Source: Octopus sinensis
Taxonomy: Eukaryota
DNA: 64,000 nucleotides
Direction of reading: 5' to 3'
Assembly (NCBI RefSeq): GCF_006345805.1
Contig: NC_043008.1
Span: 496,001-560,000, forward strand
Part shown: in pieces, positions 23,463-37,890 of the stretch
Layout of the letters: every line of letters begins with the position of its first letter
How positions within the stretch are numbered: the first letter of the stretch is position 1
Notes under the pieces: generated by a model
Told to the model about the DNA's origin: nothing
Database searches by the model: none
The model's input: only the letters and a program-made list of their open reading frames with translations
Program-made: the position numbers and the translations under genes

Positions 23463-24260
23463 TCAAGTACTCCAGCTTTTAACCGTTCACTGTTCAGACG
23501 GAGACATGTGCGCGAGACAGTAACATCATGGTCCATTTTGATCCAGAGCTTCATAATACCAAGTTTGATATGGAGTGGAGATACGAAGATTATCGTCCTG
23601 GTTTTACTAAAGGATCTTCAACCAAATGAAAAGACCCTGTCATTAATGTTCGCTGTAGTTATACTTTGATCACACAATGTTGTTCTCTAGCTCATCTATC
23701 TTACACACATATAAAGCATGTACCACGTCGTTGACCCGACAGAATATTGATCATTTTAAAATCCACGCATATCACCCTCTCGAGTGTTTGGGTATGTTGA
23801 AGTGTAGACGTAATGTTAAAAACTAGATTCCGTTTTTGGATTCGGTATACAGAAAAACCTTGAAATCATTCGAAAATGTCCTGACAACAAAATAGTTTTT
23901 TCGCGCGATAAATATACTTCGTGGTCGTCAAGGATCAGGCCGCAGTTTCCGTAACGAATATTGTAACATCATGTGATAAATGATAAACGTTTAAATAAAG
24001 TTAACTGCCTTGCTGTGGCTTTGAATCGCTAACATGTCATTCACGATGCAATCAGTTTAGTTTCAATACGCGGTCTCATAACAAAGCACTTGTTTGGAAA
24101 GTTCGCAACCCGAAACCTTCCATTAAATTTATTTTTATTGCTATCGGATCACTTAATAGTGATGCTTTATCTCATAGAATTTTTCAGATTTGACATTTTA
24201 ACTTATTCACACCGTTCTAAGATCTAAACGTTTTAAATCTGTAACTAAATTCAAAAGATT
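23463..24260 (-). mobile_element. Decayed Chapaev3-like (CMC superfamily) transposase fragment
   Basis: Frameshifted minus-strand translation gives colinear blocks NLVTDL, KASLLS, VICVDFKMINILSGQ..TCFIC, DPLVKP, PLHIKLGIMK and LNSERLKAGVLD. These match the remembered Chapaev3 pattern W-IC-DLKM...CFLC..DS.../PLHIKLGLMK/LS.AKLKAG. Confidence 0.65.
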
Positions 24261-24589
24261 CCTGCTCGAATTTTTCCTTCACTGCTAGTAACAACTTCAC
24301 TCCATCTCGCCGTTATAATCTTCAGCAAAACGAGCTTTATCAGCTACATCAAGTTCTTTTGATTTTCCTACACTGAATCATACCCTGGGTGAGTTCAGAC
24401 TCTAGTTCGATGTCATAAACAAATCTTCCACTGAGTGCTTTCTCTCCAGCCCCGCACGACTCTTCTCCATTACCGTTACATGAATAAATCGGTAGAAAGA
24501 TCGATGAACAAATAGATAGATGCATTGGTAGATGGACATTGATGAACAGGTAAACAGGTGGATCGCTCGTTCGCTCGCTCGAGAGATAG

Positions 24590-24692
24590 TAATATATATA
24601 TAGAGAGAGATAGAAAGAAAGAGAGATATATGGATGGAAAGACAGATAGATAGATAAATAGATAGATAGACTGAGACATAGATATATATATA

Positions 24693-24730
<38 letters not shown>

Positions 24731-24812
24731 AAGAGAGAGAGAAAGGGAGATATATGGATGGAAGACAGATAGATGAATAGATAAATAGATAAATAGATAG
24801 TAGGTAGTAGAT

Positions 24813-24852
<40 letters not shown>

Positions 24853-24969
24853 GAGTATGTGTGTGTGTGTGTGTGTGTGTGAAAGAAAAAGCGAGACACA
24901 GAAATAGAGACAGAAATAGAAGAGAAAGAGAGAAAGAAAGAGAGAGATATGGATGGAGGGAGGATAGAT

Positions 24970-25029
<60 letters not shown>

Positions 25030-25061
25030 TGAATATATATAGATATATAGATAGATAGATA

Positions 25062-25095
<34 letters not shown>

Positions 25096-25149
25096 TAGAT
25101 AGATAGATTGATTGATTGATAAATAGATAGATAAATAGATAGATAGAAT

Positions 25150-25192
<43 letters not shown>
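24590..25192. repeat. Compound (GATA)/(GA)/(TA)/(GT) microsatellite field
   Basis: Direct reading. Confidence 0.9.
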
Positions 25193-25198
<6 letters not shown>

Positions 25199-25494
25199 TG
25201 ATATACGTTCGACTACTGTGAAGCGTATGTAAGCAAAGCTGAACTGATCAGTCACTCTTCTTTCCCTAATATCTAATCTCTACTAATAATAATCTCCACT
25301 AATCCCATTTGCCTGTATATGGCTTATATTAACAACAAACCAAACGCTCCCACACGCACACATTCATGATTGCACACACCTGTAGTGATATGTGTACAGG
25401 TGTGTATGTGTGTGAGTGTGTGTGTGTACATGTAGCCGTACATATATACGTCGGTACATATAATATACATACATAATTTGATTTCTGATTATAA

Positions 25495-25533
<39 letters not shown>

Positions 25534-26713
25534 TGTGTATGTATGTGTGGTGGTTGTGTGTGGTGTGTGTGTTGTGTATGTGTATATATATATAGAGAGA
25601 GAGAGAGAAAGAGAGAGAGAGAGCATGTATGCATGTGTGCATACACACGTACATATATTATACACGCGCAGGCATAAACACACCCACCCACATACATATA
25701 TATTTACATTGATGAGATTAGGTTTATGGGGATGGTTTTACACACACACACATACATATACGCGTAAGTGTATGTGTGTGTGTGTGTACTTGAATATATA
25801 AATTTGACGACATGACTGACTGTGAGCATAATCTTCTTAATAAATGTTTCTTCATATTTCCTTATTGGAACAGTAAATTTCCTAAGTCCATTAACACTAA
25901 TACGGAAATAAAAAAAAATATAGATAAAGGAGATTAAATTCGAACGCAGTCATATTTTCAACAAAACATATTTGACATCAGAAAAACAGATTTCGCGTGT
26001 TCAAATAAAGTCTAAGATGGCTCGTCCACGATGTAGTTATCATACACACACACGCACATAGACGTACTTATCTCTCATGTATCCACGTAATTTTCACTCG
26101 TTGGCGATGTCCTGTTCTTGATGTATTTTAAATTTATGCATTTATTATATATGTATTGTTTACTCCTCCATCCTTCTCTAATTCCCTTTTCTCGCCTTCA
26201 CTCTTTTCTATCTGTCTCTCTCCCCCCTTTCTCCTTTTCTATCTATCCTTGCTCACACGTGACCATCGTCCATCTTTCTATTCTTCATGTAGCTATTTTT
26301 CTCTTTCTACACAACGTTCGAACGACTGGACGTCTTCTATCTTTTCTCTTTTCAAAGAAGCTATTTCTCCCAGCGTTCACTATTTCCCCGCTCGTTCTGG
26401 TCTAACTATCCACCATGTTTATTTTCGTTCGGTTTCCTTGTATGTCTCCACTGTCCTTTTTTTGTTCCCAGCTCTGACCCTCCAAAAAATCCAAAATTTA
26501 ATTTGAAAGTTATGGGAGCAACTATCTTCGGAGACTCATATTGTCATTGATGCTCGAATGAGGAGTAAATGGACAGCCTACAACTGATGATTGGTCGTTC
26601 TTTGTGTTACTTGTCCTGTTTTCAATTATTTTTTTTGTTAGCTTATTCATCTCGCTTGTTTTCGTACTTCTTATTCTTTACAGTTGCTGATGTCCTATAC
26701 TCTTAATATATGC

Positions 26714-26764
<51 letters not shown>

Positions 26765-26825
26765 GATGTGTATATATATATATTAGTATGTATGTATGTA
26801 TGTATGTATGTATGATGTATGTATG

Positions 26826-26903
<78 letters not shown>

Positions 26904-27239
26904 ATAAATGGACAGATAGATAGATGTGTGTGTCACTGTCTTTGTGTTTGTGTTATCCACTATCGCTTGAGAACTAGTATTGGTGTGTTTAGGTTCTTAT
27001 AACTAAGCAGTTCAGCAAAGTTTCCAAAGGCAAAAAGAAGAAAAAAAGCATAAATGTGGAAAAATATGATAAATAATGGGATCTATTCGCTCATCATGGC
27101 CGCATTCTAATAACCGAATGAAGTAAAAGGTACGTGATATAACTCTTCAGCTAGTTTCAGCTAGAAAGCACTGGTTAGGTTGGGGCACCACCATTTATAT
27201 AATAGATATTTTCAGTATTATCCACGTTTCCTCTGACCA

Positions 27240-27642
27240 GACGACCAACAAGCCATACTTTGTGAAGGTTTGGTGGGGAGTTCATGAAGGAATTTTGCCG
27301 TAAAAAGACAGGGCATCTACAACATGACAATGTACCAATCCACAATTCCATCTTGGAAACCAATTACTTCATAGAGATGGGCATCAAAATTGTCCCTTAC
27401 CCTCTCTACATTCCAAACCTTGCTTCCTGTGACTTTCAGTTGTTCCCCAAACCGAAGGAGAAGATGAAGGAGGTTGTGACATGGGTTTTGGATACCTTCA
27501 TTTTGACGACATCCAAGAGGGGCTTCACGAAACTAGCTCGAACTCAAGCCCATTGAAATCAGAAGTTTCGAAGGAGGTCAGAGTCTTGAAATTCTTTCAT
27601 ATTAATGTATGTCTCTCCTTCAAAGTCTCAATGCATCTTGTA
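27240..27642 (+). mobile_element. Mariner transposase C-terminal relic
   Basis: HLQHDNVPIHNS...GIKIVPYPLYIPNLASCDFQLFPKPK, similar to HDNA..H...HPPYSPDLAPCDF.LFPKLK. Confidence 0.85.
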
Positions 27643-27850
27643 TACCCCACACACAACACACACATACACACACACACACATATATGCGCTTGTGTGTGTA
27701 TCTGCATTTGTGCGCGTACAGCGAGAAACTTAATAATAATAATAATGATAATAATGATAACAACAACAACAACCATAATATAAAAATAATAATAATAATA
27801 ATAATTATTATTATTATTATTATTATTATTATCATTATTATTGTTATTGA

Positions 27851-27893
<43 letters not shown>

Positions 27894-28679
27894 TATTATT
27901 ATTATTATTATTTGCTTTTACCAATCAGATCGGTATCAACTTTTTTTTTTACTATTCTTTTCTTACTTCTCTGCAGCTTACATCGTCGTAAAAATCACGG
28001 ACACCGTTACGGAGGTACTTTTGAATAATTCATATTATTCCTAAACTATCTTATTAGATCTTGTGTGATGTCTGAGATTTTTACATAAACATTATGAAAA
28101 AAATTCTTGTTCATTGAGTTACAGAATTATGGCATCAAGAGAAATTACTGAGGGTCTTTTCTCACTCTATGTAGCGGTTCCATTGTAGTTGTGATTGAAT
28201 GAATTAACACTGTTTTTTTTTTTATGTATTGAATGCCTTCTGTGTTGCAAAGCAGAATCTCTTATGCACTTAAGTGTGTTGAGAAACTTATACAGAATAG
28301 GTAGATACAGACACACACACAAACACACAATTGCGCACTCACATGCAAACCCACGCACACGCACACACACACACATACGTGAATAGTTAAATATGTAGAA
28401 GCGCTTAGGTGAGTATGTGTAAGCATATACACACACACGTATATATATATGCATATACATATATACACATATAGAAACGATTTATATTTATATATATATG
28501 TGTGTGTGTGTGTGTGTTTATGTGTGTGCGCGTGTATAGATCGCCTACATGTGTATGCGAAGAGAATATAAGTATAATCATATTCATTTATATACGTGTT
28601 TGTGTATGAGTATACACACACACACAAACATATATATATACTATATATATATATATAGATATTAATATATTATATATAT

Positions 28680-28713
<34 letters not shown>

Positions 28714-28856
28714 ATATATATATAATATATATGAAAATATAAAACAGCTGTTCGTAATATTATACAGTAACCGAAAATATTCCAAGATTTTATGTCGAAT
28801 ATATATATACTCTGATAGGTGAGGTAGCCAGGAATCAATCGAACGAGATGGCCTTA

Positions 28857-28900
28857 CTGAAGATAGCTACGAAAATAGCCGAAAGTGGCCGGTTAGTCTT
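28857..28900 (+). ncRNA. Degenerate hammerhead-like motif
   Basis: CUGAAGA-U-AGCUA(cgaaaa)UAGCC-GAAA; stems I and III are not well formed. Confidence 0.3.
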
Positions 28901-28964
28901 AGGATTCCTGGTCGGAGTTCGGGGCGATTATATATATATATATGTATATATGTATATATATATA

Positions 28965-29182
28965 TGTGTTTGTGTGTCTGTGTTTGTCCCCCTAGCATTG
29001 CTTGACAACCGATGCTGGTGTGTTTATGTCCCCGTTACTGAGCGGTTCGGCAAAAGAGACCGATAGAATAAGTACTGGGCTTACAAAAGAATAAGTCCCG
29101 GGGTCGAGTTGCTCGATTAAAGGCGGTGCTCCAGCATGGCCGCAGTCAAATGACTGAAACAAGTAAAAGAGAGTAAAAGAGT
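28965..29182 (+). mobile_element. SINE family A, 3' half (low divergence)
   Basis: Closely matches the reverse complement of 4181-4400. Confidence 0.9.
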
Positions 29183-29425
29183 ATATATATATATATATAT
29201 AATATATATATATAATATATATATTATACAATCATATATTACACATATATATTACTGTGTCTGGTGAAAGTTATTCTCTTTTAGTGCCTTATTATTTAAC
29301 ACTTTAACACACTCACCAGTTCGATTTCCACTCATTTACTAATTTTTTCTAGAAAAAATAATATATGCTTCAACACAGGAATTCACAAAAAGAATCTTGC
29401 AAACCAAATACAAAAACAAAGTATA

Positions 29426-29477
<52 letters not shown>

Positions 29478-30109
29478 ATATGAATAATACTTCTATACAT
29501 TTATATGTATGTCAGGAAGGAGTAAGAGAAAGAGGAAGAGGGATAGAGAGAGAGTGAATGAGAAAGAGAGGGAGAGGGAGATTATAGAATGTAAGGTTCT
29601 TGGTGAGTTAAAAGGGTGTTTCAATCCAACTTCAACTGGTATCAAATTTATTCAAGAATTTTTCATTTTGATATGTTGATTTAGTATTTATCAGTTTTCT
29701 AGATTTTCCAAAATGCCAAATCCTTCGCAGAACATCATCACGGTTTCTATTTATATATCATAAATTCCTCTTTAAGCTTTAATCCATTTTGATAGGGAAA
29801 ACACTCATATCTTCGCATATTTCCACATATTCCCCCCAAAATGTTCTATTTTTAACGATATTTGGAATTTTTTGTCTTAGAAAAACCCTCTTCGCAATAC
29901 GAGCTCAAGTTACTATGAGTTTATTTTTAAACGTTCCAGGATAGCCCTTTTCGTAATATGCTCCCTATTTTCACTACAAAGTCGTTATTTGATAAGGGGC
30001 TAGGCATACCTAACGCAGTAGGGTTTATGTCGATATTTTTCTCTTACATAATTATCAGCAAGTTCGTCATAGCTATCGACACACACACACACACACTCGC
30101 ACACATATG

Positions 30110-30140
<31 letters not shown>

Positions 30141-30244
30141 GTACACACACGCACGCACACACACCCACCCATATGTATGTATTCTCCCTCGATTCTTCTC
30201 TCCCTTCATCTTTCCAAATCCGTATACTTTCCACCAATTAAAAA

Positions 30245-30246
30245 GC

Positions 30247-30294
<48 letters not shown>

Positions 30295-30351
30295 CATCAT
30301 CATTATTATTAACGTTGCTTTGCACAGCTTCTAACGCTGGAGATGTACTTC
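30245..30351 (-). mobile_element. Extreme 3' tip of an R4/Dong-like LINE with (TAA)n tail
   Basis: ctttgcacagcttctaacgctggagatgtact matches the 3' end at ~31975-32005; adjacent (TTA)n. Confidence 0.65.
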
Positions 30352-30515
30352 CAGTTTTCGTCTACGAAATCCGCTCCACTCGCAAGGTAATTGTTGGCCC
30401 GAGATTATACCAGAGAGAACACTCGGTCAAAGTGCTGCACAGTAACGAGACGAACCTTAGACAACATGGTTGCGAAACAAGCTTCTTAACCACACAGCCA
30501 CGCTTGCGCCTGTAT
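30352..30515 (-). mobile_element. SINE family A, 5' half, diverged
   Basis: cagttttcgtctac...aaccacacagccacgcttgcgcctgta. Confidence 0.7.
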
Positions 30516-31106
30516 ATATTCTTTTCCTTTCTTTTCCTTTTTTCACCTTTGATTTTTAATATCTTCCGCCATTCGCAAATCACGTGTTGATACTAGGCTA
30601 TGTTTAGACATCCATTTAATGTAAGATTTAATACGTGTATTAAGATATAATGTAAATAATTTGAATTGTAAACCCCCCCCAAATGAGCTAGCTTCACTAT
30701 GAAACTCATTTCCCCCCATCACGTCTGTTGGCACAGGTACCCCCTTTTTCGACTTATGCAATATTGTCTACAGAAATAATTTGTTGACAATACTCTGTAT
30801 TGTAGTGGCTGAGACGATCTTAAAATAAAGATGTCAAAAATCAAGAATTTATTAAAAACATCTCAATTCTAGAAGAAACCTGTCGTGGAAACTGTCCAGT
30901 CAAATTAATTTGGAATATGTCAGCAATTCTAAGAAAAAATAAATTAGTCATCACAAGTACGTCATTTTATCGACTCGGCAATAATGAAAAGTCGAGTTGA
31001 CTTCAGCGGGATTTCAACTTAGAACTCAAAGAACCGGAGCAAATATCATAACTTTTTTCCGACGCTCTGACATCACTTCGCCTTCATTATGACGAGAAGT
31101 AACTGT

Positions 31107-31311
31107 CTTTTCTACTCTAGGCACAAGGCCCGAAATTTTGGGGGAGGGGACAGTCGATTAGATCGACTCCAGTGCGCAACGTGTACTTAATTTATCGACC
31201 CCGAAAGGATGAAATTCCTCGTCGGAATTTGAACTCAGAACGTAAAGACACACGAAATACCGCAGAGCATTTCGCCCGGCGTGCTAACTTTTCTGCCAAC
31301 TCGCCGCCTTA
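31107..31311 (-). mobile_element. SINE family C, full length
   Basis: 16-bp TSD with 2 mismatches, GAYGAGAAGTAAYTGT (31091-31106, 31312-31327). Confidence 0.9.
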
Positions 31312-31685
31312 GATGAGAAGTAATTGTATGACATAAAAACACCCACGCATGCATATAAAGATATATTTAAATGTCAATTTACAGAGGTTACACTCTACCC
31401 ATTTGTCTAGTATTATCATTCTATTAAGAATCTTATTATGGTTTTGATACACATATTTTTTTAAAATAGTTTTTAAAAGCTTTTAACGATTCATTCCAAG
31501 AAAGTTTCCTCTGTAACAAACTTTTGAAAACGATTTTGTTACTTTGTTTCGTCAAGTTTCTTTATTCATTTACATTTTAAAAAATCGATTTTATATTATA
31601 ATTTTATTAAATGGTGTGTCAGTTCTTTTTAAATATATCGCTATTTCACCTAATGAACATTTATTTCGGTGTTCTGATAAAACAA

Positions 31686-31973
<288 letters not shown>

Positions 31974-32290
31974 CCTTTGCAGAGCTTCTAACGCTGGAGA
32001 TGTACTACGGTGTCAGCTGTTCACTATCAGTGAACTCAGGTAACACCTCATATTTTTCGAGCACCTTCCGGAGTATTCGAGCGGTTCCAAGTAGTGCTGT
32101 TTTCTGCAAGTACCCTTTTTGCAGCCCCTATTTGTTCTATGTACTTCTCGAGATTTTTGCTAACTGTTCCCAGTGCTCCGACAATTATTGGTACTAGTGC
32201 TACCTTTTTCATCGACCACAACTGCTTAACCTCCTAAGCTAACCTGTTATATCTCTCGTCTTTTCTTTTTTCCTTTGATAGCTTCAATCA
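31974..32290 (-). mobile_element. R4/Dong-like LINE 3' end (RLE domain)
   Basis: KEKRKDERYNRLA*EVKQLWSMKKVALVPIIVGALGTVSKNLEKYIEQIG, then (frameshift) LQKTALLGTARILRKVLEK*; ends in (AAT)n. Confidence 0.88.
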
Positions 32291-32445
32291 TATTTTAATG
32301 GCATTTTGTCCGACTTTACATTCTGAGTTCGAATTCGGCTGAAACGAGCTTTGCCTTTTATCCTTCGGGGTCGATTTGAACGACTCATCCTTACCTCCCC
32401 AGAGCTACCCTGGTGGCAAAAATCTGAAATAATAATAATTATTAT

Positions 32446-32665
32446 AAAGGCGGCGAGCTGGCGGAATCGTTAGTACGCCAGGCGAAATGCTTAGCGGTAT
32501 TTCGACTGTCCTTATGTTCTGAGTTCAAATTCCACCGAGGTCGACTTTGCCTTTCATTCTTTCGGGGTCGGTAAATTATTGTACCAGATGCCTACTAAGG
32601 TCGATCTAATCGACTGGCGCCCTACCACAAACATTTCAGGCCTTGTGCTTAGAGTAGAAACGTAT
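32446..32665 (+). mobile_element. SINE family C, full length
   Basis: aaggcggcgagctggcggaatcgttag to ggccttgtgcttagagtagaaacg. Confidence 0.9.
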
Positions 32666-32779
32666 ATGTTTGACTTTTGCTTTCTACTTATACAACTTGA
32701 CTCCAAGTTTCACTCAGAGATCTCAAGAGACAACAAATTAGAAATTCAAGTTGGTGACATGCCTAGGGTGTCACATATT

Positions 32780-33690
32780 TGGTTCTGCACAAAGTATTGT
32801 TCCAGAGAATGTTTAAGAAAACATAAGAAAATTATAAGTTTGTTTTTAAATTTCAGATTACATAGTATTTTACATTGGAATCAATATTTCCTGTTATTTG
32901 TGCATATTTCCATCTGTCCATTTCATTAATTTTCAAGTATTTCTAAGTTTGCCTTTGGTCTATTTCTTTTTCTGTTTTATATTTGTTTATTTAAATTGCA
33001 TTAATGGCCTTTTATAATAAACTATCTCTTCAGGTTGTCTTGGAGTATTTTCTCTTTTTTTATGTAAATACCATATGAATTCCTCTGGTGAATATGCGTA
33101 CTGCGTGTTATAGACCTTTCAGCTGTTAACCAGTTGTAGCACATAAGCCGAGATCATCCATATATCAAAGTATTAAAGCTGGTTGACTGACCGTTCATAA
33201 CATTTCTACACAAATCTAGTTTGGTTTAAAATGTTAGCCAACGGTGTTAACGTCAGCCAGAAACAGATTGAATAAAGAATGATATTTCGGAATATTCCTT
33301 AACGGCGATCAGATTTATTTGTATAATTCCTTATCTTGTCTGTTTCTCTAGAATTGCATGTCGTTTACTCCTGGAATGTTTAATGTGCCTGTTTATTATG
33401 CTGACATCTTATTCAAATTTCCAAGATTTACTTGTAAAATAAACACTGTCAAAAGCCTTCTGGTAATCAGTTGTCTCAATGCTTAAACCCGTTTGTCTGT
33501 TTTTGCCGCTTTTAGTTAAAGCTTAGTTGATAAGTTATTGACCTAACTGCAAATAAGCATTATATTTTTGTTTGTTTCTAGATGTCTGCGATAATGTTGC
33601 AGTTAATATTTTGTAAGTATTACAAAAGCAGGTTAATGGTCTGTAGCTTCTAGGACTTGTTAGTTCTTTAATCTTGGAGCTTAAGAAGGT
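32780..33690 (-). mobile_element. Decayed R4-like reverse-transcriptase domain
   Basis: Colinear motifs SYRPLTC..TYKILT, DYQKAFDSV, GIF...LTPLANIL, YMDDL (33164-33150) and QLKGL..V..F; many stops and frameshifts. Confidence 0.8.
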
Positions 33691-33702
33691 ATTTCTCATT
33701 AT

Positions 33703-34087
33703 GTGGAGGTGCAATGGCCCAGTGGTTAGGGCAGCGGACTCGCGGTCGTAGGATCGCGGTTTCGATTCCCAGACCGGGCGTTGTGAGTGTTTATTGAGCG
33801 AAAACACCTAAAGCTCCACGATGCCCCGGCAGGGATGGTGGTGATCCCTGCTGTACTCTTTCACCACAACTTTCTCTCACTCTTACTTCCTGTTTCTGTT
33901 GTGCCTGTATTTCAAAGGGCCGGCCTTGTCACTCTCTGTGTCACGCTGAATATCCCCGAGAACTGCGTTAAGGGTACACGTGTCTGTGGAGTGCTCAGCC
34001 ACTTACACGTTAATTTCACAAGCAGGCTGTTCCGTTGATCGGATCAACCGGAACCCTCGTCGTCGTAACCGACAGAGTGCTTCCATC
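33703..34087 (+). mobile_element. SINE family B variant, full length
   Basis: tRNA-like head with A and B boxes; 12-bp TSD ATTTCTCATTAT (33691-33702, 34088-34099). Confidence 0.92.
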
Positions 34088-34674
34088 ATTTCTCATTATA
34101 TTAAGATGGTGAAAACAACATCAGTTAGGTGTTGTTTTCCGTTACATGAAATCTAGGAACACAAGACGTACATACCTCAACATCATCAAGCGTGGCTGTG
34201 TGGTAAGTGGCGGCGTGCTTCCTAACTATGTGGTCTTCGTTTCAGTCACACAGCACAAAACCTTGAGCAAATTTCAAATTTCGTAAAGGTTGACTATCTT
34301 TTTACCTTTAGGTGTCGATAAAATAAGTACTACCTGAGCACTGGGGTCAATGTATATTGAATAGCCCCCTCCCATCAAATTTCAGGTGTTGTGCCCATAG
34401 TAGAAAGCAGTATGAGCACCGGGAAGAAATTTATCTGGTGGTAGGTGAGGGTATTACATTACTTATATGAGACAATAAAGCATGCAATTTCATTAATCAC
34501 CGAATGCATTATTTTTACATCTCTTCCTCAGAAGCTCCGTAATTAATTTTGGTTTCATTAATTGTTATTTAATCGATTTTTGAATATTTTCCAAACAGTC
34601 AATTAGCATCCTACAGTTAAACCTTCGCTAGTGATCGGCGTTGAACGTCATGCGACATGTTCTTCGCTAAATGC

Positions 34675-35029
34675 CTTCTTCTTCTTCTTCTTCTTCTTCT
34701 TCTTCTTCTTTCTTCTTCTTCTCTTCTTCTTCTTCTTCTTCTTCTTCTTCTTCTTCTTCTTTATTTTTATTTTTTCCTTCTTTCTTCTAATTTTCTTCCG
34801 TTTCTCGCTGGGTGTCTTCCGTACACCTAGGGCAGAGAAGCTCATTGTATGCATTCCCAAATTACACACGCAAATTCAAAGAAAATATGTATTTAAAAAA
34901 TTAATAATAAATAAATTAATGAATTATCATTATTATTATTATTTTATTATATATTATTATTATTATGTTATTATTATTATTATTATTATTATATTATTAT
35001 TATTATTATTATTATTGTTATTGTTACTG

Positions 35030-35088
<59 letters not shown>

Positions 35089-35103
35089 AACTACTACTAC
35101 TAC
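34675..35103. repeat. (CTT)n, (TTA)n and (ACT)n arrays
   Basis: Direct reading. Confidence 0.9.
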
Positions 35104-35861
35104 TAAGGCGGTGATCTGACAGAATCGTTAGCGCGCCCGGCAGAAAGCTTATGTTATCTTTATGTTATGAGTTCAAATAAGTACCAGTTGAATATTGGGG
35201 GTCGACGAAATCGACGACATACCCATCCCTCGAATTTGCTATCCTCGTGTCCAAATTTGGAACCATGTTTTTTTAAATTTTTAGCATGATTGGTTGTGCG
35301 TTGATTGGTTCTCTTAAGGTTATGCAATGAACAACTGATATCCTCAATGTTAAATCTGTTATTATGTTCAGTGTTTTGGGGTCGATAAAAATGTACCAAT
35401 TGAAAACTGAGGTCAATGGAGCCAACTCCTCTGAAATTACTGGCCTCGTGCTAAGAAATTTGAAACCAATATTTGATGTCGTGGTTGTTACATTTGTCAA
35501 TGTAGTATTCAGGATTTGCGTCAACACGGTTTTGTTTCTTTCGCGTTGCAAACAATACAATAGGGTGGTAGAGTATCAATTTGCAGAAGCCTTTTGTTTC
35601 CAACGCATTTCCGGACTATTGATTTTCCCGAACCGAATCTAGTCACCTCGGCCATCACATTTCAAATATTGAATATTGATTTAAATTTACTTCGATGATT
35701 AAATGCAATACCGATGTCTGTACGTTAGTATAAATGACTTTTGTTACTTGATGATACCAAATTAACTATCTGCAAAAATGATGTGTTCACAATTTGTTGC
35801 TTATATATACATATACATACATACATACATACATACATACATACATACATACATAACATAC

Positions 35862-35895
<34 letters not shown>

Positions 35896-36039
35896 ATATA
35901 TATATATAAATCTATCTATCCATCCATCCATCCATCCATCCATCCATCCATCCATCCATCCATCCATCTATCCATCTATATATATATATATATATATATT
36001 TATATAAACAGCTCGGGTAAAAGCACATTAGTTTTTTGA

Positions 36040-36240
36040 CACGTCAAACTCGAATCATTTCTGTGTTCTTGTCTGTTTTCACTTCCGTCATGAATATACA
36101 AATCTTGTTGGTCAAGTTTGAGTATCCCAGAGAAACGTCTAATGACAGCTACTTCCAATAGGACCCTATGGAAGAAGTACTGAGGACTTTGGTCCCACGA
36201 CTCTCTCAGGAAGAGTGAGCAAAAAAGATGGATGGATAGA
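36040..36240 (+). mobile_element. Possible RTE-like LINE 3' end
   Basis: LSIPEKRLMTATSNRTLWKK resembles the RTE terminal A.DR..W motif; short gatggatgga tail. Confidence 0.3.
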
Positions 36241-36984
36241 TGAGTGATTTTTGAGTCACCAGCATCAGCTAATTCCTCAACCAAAAGTAGAGCAACGACA
36301 GCTTCGATTAGATCTAAGCATTTCTTTTCATGTTAATCTTTCCAAAAGCAGTCTCCAGACTCTTAATTGCTATCAGATCAATTGTACGATCTACCAAACA
36401 AACACTGTAGTGGCATGTTACTGTATTTAATTTGAACTTATTTTCACTCCTGTATTTTTTGAGATTGGTTTTGTAAAGTTGTGCGATTTAAGATTTGAGT
36501 TACCAAGAATACTTTCATTCGTTCTGTTTTACAGATTTGTCAAGGCCACTTAGAATTGATTTACGCATAATTGTTAGTACACTTGCATACTAAACTATTA
36601 TCCTTCCATAGAAGTCACCTGAACTAACTTTTCAGAACTCTTGTATTATCTGCCATCATTAGTATTATATTTTCTATTATGAGAGCTATATAAGATTAAG
36701 TCGAAGTTAACCGCAAAGTAACATTGTTATTAATACAGTTACAGAGTTTTGTTTGCCTAATTAAAGTGCAAGACACACTGAACATCGATAGACATGCCCT
36801 GCCTTAGTCAAATAGATAACAATTAACTTCACAAAAGCTGCATCTTTCTTCAACTCAATTTGACCGTAAATTAATTATGGCGTCAGCCATTCTTTGTTAA
36901 AGTACTAAAAGAGAACTAAAATGTATTTTTAAACATAAAGCCTTCATATTCGTTTTCAGTGTATATATTGCTTTAATTTAGTGC

Positions 36985-37078
<94 letters not shown>

Positions 37079-37082
37079 GAAT

Positions 37083-37358
37083 AGAATAGACAACACACCA
37101 GAAAGTGATAAGTACAGAATCTGTGGACAAAATAGTGAAACCGTATGGCATATTACCAGCTAATGTACGCCACTAACCCAGAAGAAATATAAGTGATGCC
37201 ACGACAATATAGCCAGGTTTGTCCATTGGACACTTTGTAACGAGTATGGACTTGACAGTGGAAAAAATTGGTACGACCACAAACCCGAAGCCATCATCGA
37301 AAATGATAATGCAAAAGTCCTGTGGGAATTTATGATTCAGTGCGACCATGAGATAGAA
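37083..37358 (+). mobile_element. R4/Dong-like LINE fragment: CCHC zinc knuckle region
   Basis: RIDNTPESDKYRICGQNSETVWHITS*C...HDNIARFVHW.LC...WYDHKPE...KVLWEFMIQCDHEI; directly preceded by (AAT)n at 36984-37078. Confidence 0.88.
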
Positions 37359-37449
37359 GGCATCCGCAGCTGTCGCCAAATCCTTGAAGTGCATGAATCC
37401 GCAAATGAAATTGCAATGTTATTTAGGGGTCAGAACCGTGTGATAAACA

Positions 37450-37625
37450 AAGTCTAATCTTGTTTTAGAAATAATTAATATTCCTTTATTCGTTTCAGCC
37501 AAGCACGACTGCCGTTCTGCTGGGTACAGGGCGTCAAAAAACGTGAACAAAATGAGAAACGAGAACCTAAAAACAAGAACATAGAAAACGAACTTTTTTT
37601 CGAACAACGAAAGAAACAAATACAT
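37450..37625 (-). mobile_element. Penelope-like terminal-repeat fragment
   Basis: Minus strand tttcgttgttcgaaaaaaagttcgtttt...gccctgtaccc resembles 63860-63965(+). Confidence 0.35.
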
Positions 37626-37849
37626 ATTTTTAATTAAATTAATTTTTATATATTAAATGGGGATATGGTTCACTATGTATAACATGTATGGAGTTAGTCT
37701 ATTTACAAGTACTAGAAAAAGTTACTAGGCTTAAACAATAAGTCCTATGGGCGATGTGCTCGACTAAAACCCTTCAAAGTGGTACTCCAGCATGGCTGTA
37801 GTCAAATGACTGAAACAAGTTGAAGAGTAGATTATTTACTTTTATATAG

Positions 37850-37890
<41 letters not shown>

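Noticed and set aside
29958-30590. 210-aa plus-strand ORF
   Set aside because: A chance read-through of unique sequence, (CA)n, (TTA)n, a LINE tip and a SINE.
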